From NCBI GenBank assembly GCA_963805855.1, contig CAWDVW010000003.1:1-64000 (forward strand): a stretch of DNA of 64,000 nt. Direction: 5' to 3'. The stretch is from Candidatus Dadabacteria bacterium. Lineage in GTDB: Bacteria; Desulfobacterota_D; UBA1144; Nemesobacterales; CSP1-2. The notes beneath the pieces are model-generated. The model was not told the DNA's origin and searched no databases. It saw nothing but the letters and a program-made list of their open reading frames with translations. Position 1 is the first letter of the stretch; every line of letters begins with the position of its first letter. The translations under genes were made by a program, and so were the position numbers. Positions 1-10,453 of the stretch are shown here, one piece after another.

Positions 1-49
1 CATTGGTACATCAAAAATCGATTACATGGATAGAGGATGTGATCACTAT

Positions 50-1008
50 ATGGCCAGAATTCGATTTTCATTCTTGGGCATGGTTCTGTTACTTTTGCTA
101 ACTGCTTTCCCATCGTACGCAGCGCAGCACCGGGTTTATTCCCACCAGAAAGATGTAATTTATGGACGAAAATTCGGTACCGCGCTGACCTTGGATGTAT
201 TCACTCCTGAAAAGGACTCCAACGGAGCTGCGGTAATCTTTGTGTTAAGTGCGGGTTGGCGGTCAGACTCCAGATACGTATTTCTAAAGGCCGAGCCGGG
301 AAAGCTCTATCCCCAGGTGAGGGAGTTATTGGACCGTGGCTACACGGTATTTACCGTTGTTCACGGCAGCCAGCCAAAATACACAATACCCGAAATGATC
401 GATGACTTGAATAGGGCTGTGCGCTTTATTCGTTACAACGCGCATGAGTTTAAGATCGATGCGGGCCGGATTGGTATTGGGGAGGTTCATCCGGCGGCTA
501 TCTTGCTCTCATGCAGGGTATGGCCGGAGACAGGGGAATGTGGAATTCTAAAGATCCCTTGGATCAAACATCGGGCCGCGTGCAGGCCGTAGTCGCTTAT
601 TTCCCAGTTACTGATTTCCTTAATTTCGGAAAGATTGGGGTCGAGACATCCGGAGGGCCTTATGCTGCGGCACTCGATTTCCAAGAGCTTGATGACAAAT
701 CTCATAGTTTTGTGAGAATTACTGATGAAAGTAAGATTAGGGAAATCAAGCGCGAAATTTCTCCCATTAACTATGTTAGCCCTGACGATCCGCCTACATT
801 GATAATTCATGGTGATGGGGATAAGCTGGTCCCTCTTCAGCAGTCCGAATTGATGATATCTAAATTGAAAGAGGCTAAAGTCGACTGCAGGCTGGTAGTT
901 AAACATGGCGGGAGGCATGGTTGGGAACCGACGAACGATGAATTGAAGGAGTTTGGCGACTGGTTTGATAAGTATCTACTGAAGCATGATAAGGGCAACA
1001 GTGATTGA
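50..1008 (+). CDS. Secreted alpha/beta hydrolase (BD-FAE-like esterase/lipase), split by one frameshift near 480
   Basis: ORFs 26..592 and 511..1008 join if one G is added to the run in ggtattggggaggttca, giving nucleophile motif GIGGGSSGG. Also PPTLIIHGDGDKLVP and a C-terminal GGRHG His motif; N-terminal signal peptide. Confidence 0.85.
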
Positions 1009-1219
1009 GGGCCTAGTTTACGTGAGTTGCGTAACCGATATAAGAAAAAGCTCAATGTACTCGACCAGTAATAGGATCAATAGTTTATGATTTGTTTTAG
1101 AATAGTTAGTCGAGGTTCGACACGTCGGAGTGATTGGTATACTCCAACCGAAAACTAAGCTACTGCCTCCATACTTTTTAGAAAATGACTTACCGGAATA
1201 TAACAAAGACAGTTTTGAA

Positions 1220-2422
1220 ATGGTTACATTAAAACATATTGAAGAAGCAAATAAGAGATTGGAACATGTAATCCTGAGAACCCCACTTGTATACTCCTAT
1301 TCGCTGAGCGAGCTTTCGGGGGCTAATGTTTATTTAAAACTTGAAAATCTTCAAAGAACCGGTTCATTCAAGATTCGTGGGGCCTACAATAAGCTCTACA
1401 AGCTGAAGGAAATTACACAAGACGTTGTCGCGGCCTCTGCGGGAAACCATGCTCAAGGCGTAGCACTGGCAGCCAAGCTCCTTGGAATGAAATCCACTCT
1501 GGTCATGCCAGGAGGCACTCCGATCAACAAAATTTTAGCGGTCAAGAATCACGGGGGAGAAATAGTTCTTTTTGGCAATACATTTGATGATGCATTCGGT
1601 TATGCCAGGAAACTCGAGCGAGAGACAGGGAAAGTCTTCATTCACCCGTTTGATGATCCTGAGGTCATAGCGGGTCAGGGTACTGCGGGACTTGAAATTA
1701 TCGATTCTCTTAAAAATGTAGAGTCGGTAATTGTTCCTGTTGGTGGGGGTGGATTAATTGCCGGTGTTGCGATGGCGCTGAAGAAGATCAATCCGAATAT
1801 TACGGTGATTGGGGTTCAATCAAAAGGTGCTTCTTCAATGTTTCTTTCAATGAAAAAAAACACGATAGTAGAAACCGCTTCAACGCAGACTATAGCCGAT
1901 GGAATCGCGATAAAGAGGATAGGTGAGCTTACCTTTGAAATAGCAAGAAAATACGTTGATGAAGTCCTAACAGTCGATGAAAATGAGATTGAGGAGTCAC
2001 TCCTTCTATTAACAGAAAGAAAGAGAATCGTGGTCGAGGGTGCAGGCGCCGTAGGGCTTGCCGGACTGCTTAAAAGAAAAAGCCATTTTCGTAAAAAGAA
2101 TGTTGTGATCATTATCAGCGGCGGAAATATTGACATTAATCTGCTAGCCAAAATTATACAAAGAGGGCTCTTGAAAAATGGAAGGCTATTGAGACTTGAA
2201 CTAGGATTGCCGGATGTGCCTGGTTCCCTGGGCACGCTCACAACCATTCTCGGCGAGGCAAAAGCTAATATAGTAGAAATCTATCATGACAGGTATTCAA
2301 AGGATCTTCCGATTGGCGAAGCGATTGTGGAAGTAAGTCTTGAGACGAGGAGCTTTGAACATCAGGAGGAAATTCTCAAGCTACTCAAGGAAAATGGGTA
2401 CAATCCATTAAGAAAAGACTGA
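1220..2422 (+). CDS. ilvA: Threonine ammonia-lyase (PLP-dependent) with C-terminal ACT domain
   Basis: LKLENLQRTGSFKIRGA PLP lysine motif, ASAGNHAQG, VPVGGGGLIAG, SGGNID; ACT domain LPDVPGSL. ATG at 1220 chosen as start. Confidence 0.93.
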   Translation: MVTLKHIEEANKRLEHVILRTPLVYSYSLSELSGANVYLKLENLQRTGSFKIRGAYNKLYKLKEITQDVVAASAGNHAQGVALAAKLLGMKSTLVMPGGTPINKILAVKNHGGEIVLFGNTFDDAFGYARKLERETGKVFIHPFDDPEVIAGQGTAGLEIIDSLKNVESVIVPVGGGGLIAGVAMALKKINPNITVIGVQSKGASSMFLSMKKNTIVETASTQTIADGIAIKRIGELTFEIARKYVDEVLTVDENEIEESLLLLTERKRIVVEGAGAVGLAGLLKRKSHFRKKNVVIIISGGNIDINLLAKIIQRGLLKNGRLLRLELGLPDVPGSLGTLTTILGEAKANIVEIYHDRYSKDLPIGEAIVEVSLETRSFEHQEEILKLLKENGYNPLRKD

Positions 2423-2486
2423 CAAAATGTTTCTTGCCAAAGATTGTGGAGATAACGACTGCTTGAAGGAAAAACCATTTAGGTTC

Positions 2487-3125
2487 TTATTTGCAACTGC
2501 ACTCACAGCTTTCGATTACGTAAGTTGAAGTAATTTGTTTTAGATCCTCGGTAGGGAATTTTATCTGCTGACGAGCCGGAACAACAGATGTGCTCACACA
2601 CATCTTACCCTCTTGACACTTAAACCTGGCACACTCATTCTTGGAACACCAATTCCTGGCCCATTCGAGTGCCTCCTGCTCAGCTTCAAGTCGATCACTT
2701 TTTATCCCGGATTCAATAGGGAGGGCGTATACTAACATAGCATCCCTGCTGCCGCATTCACTGCATCGACAGTTGCAAGTCACTTTATTGACCAGATTCC
2801 AGAAACCAGTTTCATCCCTAACCGGCTGGTCGTTTTCACTTGTCCATTTTTCTAAAGAGCAACATTTGCTCTTGGGGTCGTCAATAGTGCAGATGCCATC
2901 TTTAGCATCTGAATTGCAACTACTCTGCCTACACAAGTCATAGCATGCATTTCGCGCATTGTCTCTGAAGTTGTCGATTGCTACTGCTTTGCTTTCGCCA
3001 CTTCCGGTTATTTCACTCAGCGCCCTTTTTGATGGGCATATATTGCTGGTCTCGTTTTGTGAAACTGACGCGCATCCCAAAAGAATTAGAATTACTACGA
3101 ATAAGACTGGGGAATCTGAAAGCAT
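2487..3125 (-). CDS. Cysteine-rich putative lipoprotein of unknown function
   Basis: Hydrophobic N-terminus ending in lipobox LLGC; 19 Cys; two internal modules, each ending in CxCxC. Confidence 0.7.
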   Translation of the reverse strand: MLSDSPVLFVVILILLGCASVSQNETSNICPSKRALSEITGSGESKAVAIDNFRDNARNACYDLCRQSSCNSDAKDGICTIDDPKSKCCSLEKWTSENDQPVRDETGFWNLVNKVTCNCRCSECGSRDAMLVYALPIESGIKSDRLEAEQEALEWARNWCSKNECARFKCQEGKMCVSTSVVPARQQIKFPTEDLKQITSTYVIESCECSCK

Positions 3126-3443
3126 TATGATTTTTATTTTAAAGAGCCTCCTCTGTGTGTGCTAAAACGAGGATTTAAGTTGATTAAGTATGGGCAAGAA
3201 TAATGTAAAGTTCAAATGGGTATCTTGTTTCAGCAATTTTATAATTAATGTGTCGATCCTTACTTTTGGCGCTCCAGTAAAAACAATTAAACGGGATTAG
3301 CACTTGCAACCGGAAGCTATTAAACTAAAATAAGTTTGATTAAGGCGAGACCTTGTTTGAAGGTTTTAGCGAATGCCGAAGATTAAGAAATTCGAGTCTA
3401 GTACTGTTACATTTTAAAAATAACTTTTGGGGGGAGGTAATAA

Positions 3444-4292
3444 ATGCCTTACGCTAAATCGGATCTTCTGGTTAGTCCCGAATGGATTTACGAACACAGA
3501 GGAGACCCGGACCTGGTAATTGTTGACTGCCCGATGGCCGAAGGATCGTACAATCGTGCTCATATCCCCGGTGCGCTACAGCTTCCCGTGCACCCATACA
3601 TCAAGGCGAAAGATCCCGGAGGCAACATCACCCTTCATCTACAGGGGCCGGAAGAATTCAGGGTATTAATGGCTGAGTTGGGTATTGGCGAAAATACATC
3701 TGTTGTTCTTTATGATGACAGGGGTTCTGTCTTTGCGGCTCGGCTATGGTGGGTTCTCAGGCATTACGGTCACGAAAATGCAAAGGTTCTAAATGGCGGC
3801 TGGCAGGGATGGGTATCGTCGGGGTTCCCTGTATCTTTCGAAACGTCAAAGGCTTCAGATAGGGTGGAAACGTTCTCGCCTTCCAGGAATCATGATCGTC
3901 TTGCGACGCTTGAACAAGTTAAGGAAAATTATTACGCTCAAAATTGGAGGATCCTCGATGTCAGGTCAGATGATGAATATATTGGAAAGGATGACCGTGG
4001 CAATAAAAGGGCGGGTCATATACCTGATTCAATTCAATTGGAGTGGAACAGGTTCCTCGAAAACTCAAACGATACCGAAGCCGTTCGTCGCTTCAGGTCA
4101 GCCGAAGAGATTCAGGAATTACTGGAAAATTGCAGGATCAATAAAAATCAGACGATTGTTACCCTTTGCCAATCGGGTATTCGCGCTTCACTTGTAGCTT
4201 TTGCTCTCGAGCTGGTAGGCTACCCAGTGGTTAAAATGTACGATGGCTCCATGGCTGAATGGGCTAATCTGGATGATACACCGCTTGAATGA
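3444..4292 (+). CDS. Tandem rhodanese-domain sulfurtransferase (SseA/TST family)
   Basis: HIPGA motif, ARLWWVL..G..LNGGW, GHIP, active-site LCQSGIRA, YDGSMAEW; GGAGG RBS upstream. Confidence 0.93.
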   Translation: MPYAKSDLLVSPEWIYEHRGDPDLVIVDCPMAEGSYNRAHIPGALQLPVHPYIKAKDPGGNITLHLQGPEEFRVLMAELGIGENTSVVLYDDRGSVFAARLWWVLRHYGHENAKVLNGGWQGWVSSGFPVSFETSKASDRVETFSPSRNHDRLATLEQVKENYYAQNWRILDVRSDDEYIGKDDRGNKRAGHIPDSIQLEWNRFLENSNDTEAVRRFRSAEEIQELLENCRINKNQTIVTLCQSGIRASLVAFALELVGYPVVKMYDGSMAEWANLDDTPLE

Positions 4293-4295
4293 AAC

Positions 4296-4331
4296 ACATG
4301 GGGACTGTACCTCCGTGGACTGTCCCCATGT
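4296..4331. repeat. REP-like inverted repeat just after the sulfurtransferase stop
   Basis: ACATGGGGAC...GTCCCCATGT form perfect 10-bp arms; a related CTGTCCCCGAATT half occurs near 30520. Confidence 0.6.
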
Positions 4332-4443
4332 TCTTAGAAACAACCTACATACTACTTTCTTGTTCTGATCCCAGACATAATGCTAATTGAATTTCTTTAT
4401 TCCAGATATTCGCATCTCGATTTATTTGTCACAACAATTCTCC

Positions 4444-4473
4444 TTGACTTTTAAGGCGTTTAGAAGATATAAT
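4444..4473 (+). promoter_or_regulatory. sigma70 promoter of the GH-like lipoprotein gene
   Basis: TTGACT-N18-TATAAT about 180 nt upstream of ATG 4655. Confidence 0.6.
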
Positions 4474-4654
4474 TTAAAAAAAGTTTCAGATGAATGTGGC
4501 TGGCAAATAACCTAAAATCAACTGGCGAAAACTTAGCGATAGCGGCGAGGTTCACGAAGATCTATTTGGTCTTCAAAACCCTTCCCCTCTTAAGTCAAGC
4601 TAAAGGTAAATACCCCCCCCCCCCATTAACATCCGAAAACAAGGGAGGAGAATC

Positions 4655-6155
4655 ATGTGTAAAAGTAACTGGACTAAATTTTTAGGATTATTTGTAGCAG
4701 TTTGCTTTATTTGTTTAGGAACTATAGTCGGATGCGATGACGATGATGGTGGTGGAGGGGGCGGAGATGGGGGAGGTGGCGTGGGCGCACCACCACCGGC
4801 GACACCTACGCCGACACCTACGCCTCTACCTGGAGGTGGGGTTCAACCTGGAGCAATCCCCCAAAAGATACTTGCTCTGCGCCCATTAAGAGGCATGGCC
4901 TATGCACCCAGTCCTTCTGATTTCACAACCACCTGTCACGATCCCAATAGCTGTAAGTATTTCGATTCTGATTTTGCCAATGATGATTTTAAAGGACTTT
5001 GGTCATCAGAAAACCCAGGTGGCACTGGACAGGGTAGAGCAGACCTAGAATCTATGGCGATGAACCTAGACGTAAATTTCGTTCGCCTATATGATTGGTC
5101 AGGCCCTGATTTTCGCCATCACATAAATTTCTTGAACGAGGCAAACGGTCATGGAATCAAGGTGGCGGTCCCGATATCAAACTTTACACTGCAATGTATA
5201 CGAGGTGACCAAGATTGCGTGTTTAATGGGGTTCCTGGAATAACATTCGCCAAGAACAATATTAAAAGTATTCTAGGAGAGCTCATAACCAACGGTAAGC
5301 CGCATGAAGCAATTGCAATGTGGACTATCGGTAACGAATTCGACATCAACAATTTTCATCCCGATGTTGTTGCGACAGCAATTCAATTCCTTATCGAAGC
5401 AGAAGAGGAACTGGGTGTTACGGATGACGCAAATAAACTTCCCATAACCGTACCCATTTCATTGCGCGCATTCTGTTGTTCTGATGACTCCAAAAATATC
5501 GATACTTGTAGATTGCCCCTGGCAGGCTGTGATTTAGTGAATAATAATTGTGGTCAAGTAGCTGGGGGATCTCTTTAACCTGTGTAAACTTGGATCCCGG
5601 AGAGCTTCAACTCAAAGTACTTTTGGATGCAATCAGTAAAAACCAAAAAGCTTCCCAGATATTAAACACGAGGTTCTTTGCTAGCCTTCAAACATTTAAT
5701 GATGACACGTTCTTGAAAACATTTCCTGGAAGAGACTTTCCCGCAAAATTTTCCAGATTTAGCATTAGCTATTACGGAGTTAGGCATCGATACGGCTGGT
5801 TCCGGTGGGACTGAGCAAACTCAAGCCGAATTTGTAAAAAAACAATTGGATCTGTGCAAATCGCTAATAGCCGACCCCCCGCCCGCTACGAATCCGAGAT
5901 GGTTACTTCTTAGGCTGCACCTATTTCGAATGGTTGAATTCGGTGTTTAAGGGTGGAACCGAGGCGACTTTTGGAGCCAACAAATTTGGTGGAATGCTAG
6001 GAACTGGCAAAACTGTGGACGTCCCTACTGGTGAATCTGAAAACTACCCGATTGATGAACTAGTGGAAAAGCTGGGTATTTTCTTCAATAATGGAAGCGT
6101 TTATGAATTGATAGAAGTAATTCGGCACGATTTGATTATCGCAATTATCGTTTAA
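4655..6155 (+). CDS. Lipoprotein with a clan GH-A-like TIM-barrel glycoside hydrolase domain; at least 3 frameshifts (near 5575, 5722, 5897); 3' end uncertain
   Basis: Lipobox IVGC, Gly/Pro-Thr linker, RGMAYAP, NFVRLYDW, acid/base WTIGNE. Joining frames gives nucleophile-like AITELGID and then YFLGCTYFEWLN. Confidence 0.7.
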
Positions 6156-6401
6156 AATGGCATATTGATGGACGTAAAACTTGCTCCCGCAGAATATCGA
6201 TCTATAATGGCAAATGGGTATGGTGGATTGTGAGTAATATTGGCGCACCGGTTTGCTATTTTAGCGCACGCCGAGGTGGCAAATTTTACCGGGTGCGATG
6301 AAAACTTTACGGTAATGCATAAGGATACGGATCAGTGGATAGTCAGAAACTGGATCTTTTGCCTTAACAAAAACCAAAATCTAGCAAGCATGAGTCCGTT
6401 C

Positions 6402-8635
6402 ATGAAGATAAAACTGAAGAAAACTCTTATTCTGTTATTTTTAGTGGGCATTGGGTTACTTTTTGGGTACGTGGAGCAGGCAATGGCTAAGGTCGATGTG
6501 AGTGTGGATTGCGCTTCTTCTGACAAGGGCGAGCAGCTCTCGGATGAAGATGAGGATCTTGCATTTGCTTCCTGTGACATTGCGGTTCCTGAGCCATACA
6601 GATCCTGATATAGACTTATTTGATTCAGCTGCTTACGGCACAGCTGCTGGATTCGATTTAAATGCATTGCTCTCGGGTAGTGCTTTCGCATATGGTTCCC
6701 TCGATAATGTTATAGAGAAGAGATCAATCTCTCCAATACAGGATTTGCTAAGGCTGTGACCAGGTGGAACTGCACAGTCAGGCTCACTGGCGGAAGCAAT
6801 TTGCCGGAATCTGTGAATATGACCTTCTCTACAGAGGGCGTAGTTAGTTGTTCCACTGGTGAAACCGGTAATCCAAATGCTTTAAATAACGCAAGTATGT
6901 TCCTTAACTTTGTTGCGGGTAGAGAGCTATCAGACGAGGACGTAGCCTGCTGCCCTGGGGTTGAGGGCTGTGTCGCTTGCTCGCAATTTGGGAGATCCTG
7001 CACGGGAGATCAAATTGAAGCATCGGCTTTGGATTGGGACGTTGCTACATTTCCCGAAGATGGAATATACTTCTTAGGGAAAAAAACATTTAACGTATCC
7101 ACTCGACAATGGTTCCGCAAGTTTTGGAGTAGCGATGACCGTGTTTGCATTTACTAATCTAGGACGCGGCGCTGTGTCTACAATAGTCAGCATGAACTCT
7201 ATAGAACTCCCTGATGGAAATACACCGGAATCAAAGGGGTTTGAGGTTATTTTTGACTGCGGTACGACACCTCCACCCTCTCCAAACTTAACAACGGCCA
7301 GGTGTCCTGGTGGTGAAACGAACGACTTTGATGGCGATGGGCTTCTTGACTGCTGGGAAACCAACGGAATCGATTTCAACAACGACGGGCAAATAGATTT
7401 TGACCTTCCGGCAATGGGGGCTGATCCGAGCGAAAGGACGTTTTTGTTGAAATCGATTGGATGGCTCAGCATAAACCGAACCCTGAAGCGTTAGATATAG
7501 TAAAGGAAAGATTTGAAAATGCCCCCGTTGATGGAAACCGGATGGCTCTAATTGCAAGGGGGTTAACCTACACCTGCTGGTGGACGAAGAGGCCGTGGCT
7601 CATAGCGATGAACTGTCATTTGCTTCCTGTACTAACGCTTCATCACAGGTACCTGATTATGATGAAGTAAAGGCAAAGAGTTTTGGGACAGCAGCAGAGA
7701 GGAATGATCCAAACAGTGAAAATATCCTGAATGCAAAGCGCTTGGTTTATCGTTACGCGCTTTTTGCCCATAACCTTCTGGGCCTCGGTGGAACGTCGGG
7801 ATGCGCCGAGCTACTCGGTAATGATTTTGTTATAACGCTTGGAAGCTGGACAAAGATACAAGGCCATGGAGTAGGCACAACTGACCAGCAGGCCGGTACT
7901 TTTATGCACGAACTAGGGCACACTCTCGGTCTTCGCCATGGCGGAGGTGATAATGTTAATTGTAAACCTAACTACTTAAGCGTGATGAGTTATACGCATC
8001 AGATAGATAACAACTACATCTTTGGAAGAGTATTGGATTATTCGAGCTCAAATTTGCCTACGCTAAATGAGAACTCTTTAAATGAGGTCGTTGGAATCGG
8101 CGGACAGCCAAACTTAAAAACGGCTTTTGGGCCTTTCCCCGCTCTTATGTCTTTGGCAGGTGTGGCAATAGACTGGAACCGTAATGGCAATGCCACAGAT
8201 ATGAATGTGTCTGCTGATATAAACCGCCTCAGCAACAATGATTTTGGCTGCGCCGGTGTAGGCGCCGTACTCAAGGGACATGACGACTGGAGGGATTTAC
8301 AATATAATTTCAGGGCATCCTCAGACTTTCTAGACGAAGTTAGATTGACTGGCGAGGGCTTGAATCCGCTTAATCTCGATCAGGAAATGAAATCGAGTCC
8401 TGATACCGATGGAGACGGGGTTGTTAATATAATTGACAACTGTGCGGAGGTTAACAACCCTGATCAAATGGATACCGATCAAGATGGCCTTGGAGATGCA
8501 TGTGCAAGAATGGATTCTGGGGTCGGAGGCGGCGGTTGTTCTGTTGCGTCTGTGGGTACTACATCTTCAATTCCACTTTATCTTCTCATACCGGTTTTCA
8601 TTTTATTTAGAAGGGTGCTGAGAAAATATAGGTAA
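6402..8635 (+). CDS. Secreted zinc metalloprotease (metzincin) with Ca-binding thrombospondin type 3 repeats and a C-terminal Gly-Gly-Cys/TM/basic sorting tail; several frameshifts in the 5' half
   Basis: Signal peptide at 6402. Fragments 6240..6608, 6502..6759, 6756..7157, 7135..7494, 7461..7670 and 7580..8635 are collinear. Motifs: DFDGDGLLDCWE, HELGHTLGLRHGG, YLSVMSY Met-turn, DTDGDGVVNIIDNC...DGLGDAC, GGGGCSVA...LYLLIPVFILFRRVLRKYR. Confidence 0.75.
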
Positions 8636-8881
8636 AAAGAAATGGACCCCGTAAACAAAGGCAAACAACGGAGACGCAACCCTTTATTTCCTTTCGTTAT
8701 TTCTTTGCAGACTAGACTTAATAACAAATTATCTTAACTTTTGTTTTCCTTAAATGAAGAGGTAGGGATTGGCATATGAGAAAATCTCTTTTACTTTTAA
8801 TAGTACTAACCATGACACCGCTTAATTCATATCCCGAAAAGAAAAACAGCGCCGGATGAATCTCAAGTATCTGCTGATGAG

Positions 8882-9328
8882 CGGGAAGGTAGTTATTCAA
8901 TTTGGTTAATGCCCGAAGGAGATGTTTTTGAAAAATTTTCTAAATTGATAATAAAAATCAGCGATGAGTATAACTCACCGAAATATCAACCCCACGTTCC
9001 CTTTTAGGAGGCCTGGTTGGTTTCACGAAAGAGGAAGTAATATCTAAAGCAAGTGAATTAGCGGAAAATATTGAGCCTTTTTATAATAACACTCACAGAG
9101 GTTACATACCCTACTTCGTATCCAAATGATCACGAGGCATATTATCGATCCTTGTACATTCGTGCCGAAAGAACGCAGCCACTTATGAAGGCGAATAAAT
9201 TGGCTGAGGAAAATGTTTGGAAGAGAGGGCGACCTTCATTCAACCCAAATTTAAGCATCATGTATGGACCGTTCTATGCTGAAACGAAGGAAGAGATAAT
9301 TTCAAAAGTCGGGAGGGAATTAATGTAA
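8882..9328 (+). pseudogene. Degraded 2H-family cyclic phosphodiesterase-like gene
   Basis: Frames read YSIWLMPEG...YQPHVP / LGGL...IEPF / ...YRSLY...FNPNLSIMYG. Both HxT/S motifs are degenerate and there are two frameshifts. Confidence 0.6.
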
Positions 9329-9635
9329 GTTTTGAGGTAAACGGTGTTTATGTTTGGTCTAGATAAGGGACTTCCCCATGAATGGAAATTAATAAAAAAA
9401 GATCACTCTTGGGAGGAATTGACTGGTTTGCCCCATATTATTGATCCAGAAATTAGATATAGACTTGCAAATTTCGCGACCTGAAAGGACGCGTAATTTA
9501 CCCAACAGAAACCTCTACACGCATAAAAGAGTGCAATTTCATACATAATTGATTGTGCCAGATTACACTTTTTTACTTTCATAAAATGACAAAACTCCAT
9601 ATATTAATCGTAACTGCCTAATATTATTAAATAAC

Positions 9636-9666
9636 AATTATTTGATTTTAATGGCATCCTAATTGC
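9636..9666 (+). promoter_or_regulatory. sigma54 promoter with an adjacent IHF site
   Basis: TGGCATCCTAATTGC (GG-N10-GC) at 9652..9666; AATCAAATAATTG (WATCAANNNNTTR) on the minus strand immediately upstream. Confidence 0.6.
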
Positions 9667-9931
9667 CAAATCAATATGAGAGGCAATAGAAAGTGCCGGT
9701 GGGGGGTAAGTGTCTCGTAGTCCCTTTTTCTTATCCCAGGTAAAGGAATATTAATGCAAACTTAATCTAATCTCGTACTTGTTCTTTAGAGATTGTTACA
9801 TCATAATAACTGGTGACAGACACGTATTTTTATAGGTGGGGTTCTCCAACTGATGATTTATAGGAGTATTTATGAAGATTGAAATTAATTCGTGTCTGTT
9901 GTCACTATTTTTCTTCACTTCTATTTTTTCA

Positions 9932-10453
9932 TCATGGTTTTGTAAACTTGCCCACTGATATAGAAGGAGACCATTCACTAAACTGGTTTTTGTCGAGAAC
10001 AGCCCGCACGCGATAGGCGAGTTGTCCTGACTGTAGCGCTAGCAGTAACTTGCGGTTGACAAAACCTTGCGATTTCTCGTTCTCACCCGCTGCGGCTTCT
10101 ATACGAAAGCACCTATCGCTTTGACGGTGCAGCTTCGGAGAAATCCCTTCGCTCGTTAAGGTCTGGAGTTCGTATGCCTTCGCCCCCTGGTATCTTTCCC
10201 AGCATAACTTCCAATACGTTGACCACCTAATCCGCCCACCAGGAAGTTCGCTGACCTCATCTTCTAGCGTAGCAACTAGTCCCCTGACGGGGGAACCTAC
10301 GACCTTATGAGCGCTGGACGGTGAATCACAAGAAACCACTAGTAGCACCCAGACCTGCACTGCTGAGAGCAGTGTGAGGAGGCGGAGCCCCCTCGGGTGT
10401 GGGATTTGTACTAGGCATCTCATCTTTTTCAGAATACGATATTCTCTTACCAC
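9932..10453 (-). CDS. Hypothetical exported protein with a beta-rich, FN3-like C-terminus; true start uncertain
   Basis: Hydrophobic segment ending VVSC; C-terminal YRVRAV...SEWS resembles an FN3 end; directly downstream of the gamma-CA-like gene. Confidence 0.6.
   Translation of the reverse strand: MVREYRILKKMRCLVQIPHPRGLRLLTLLSAVQVWVLLVVSCDSPSSAHKVVGSPVRGLVATLEDEVSELPGGRIRWSTYWKLCWERYQGAKAYELQTLTSEGISPKLHRQSDRCFRIEAAAGENEKSQGFVNRKLLLALQSGQLAYRVRAVLDKNQFSEWSPSISVGKFTKP

Noticed and set aside
4495-4560. Possible c-di-GMP riboswitch (GGCAAA...GCGAAA...GATAGCGG)
   Set aside because: P1/P2 pairing and the GACGCAAAGC-like segment could not be built.
6241-6256. sigma54-like TGGCGCACCGGTTTGC
   Set aside because: GG to GC spacing is 11 nt, not the required 10.
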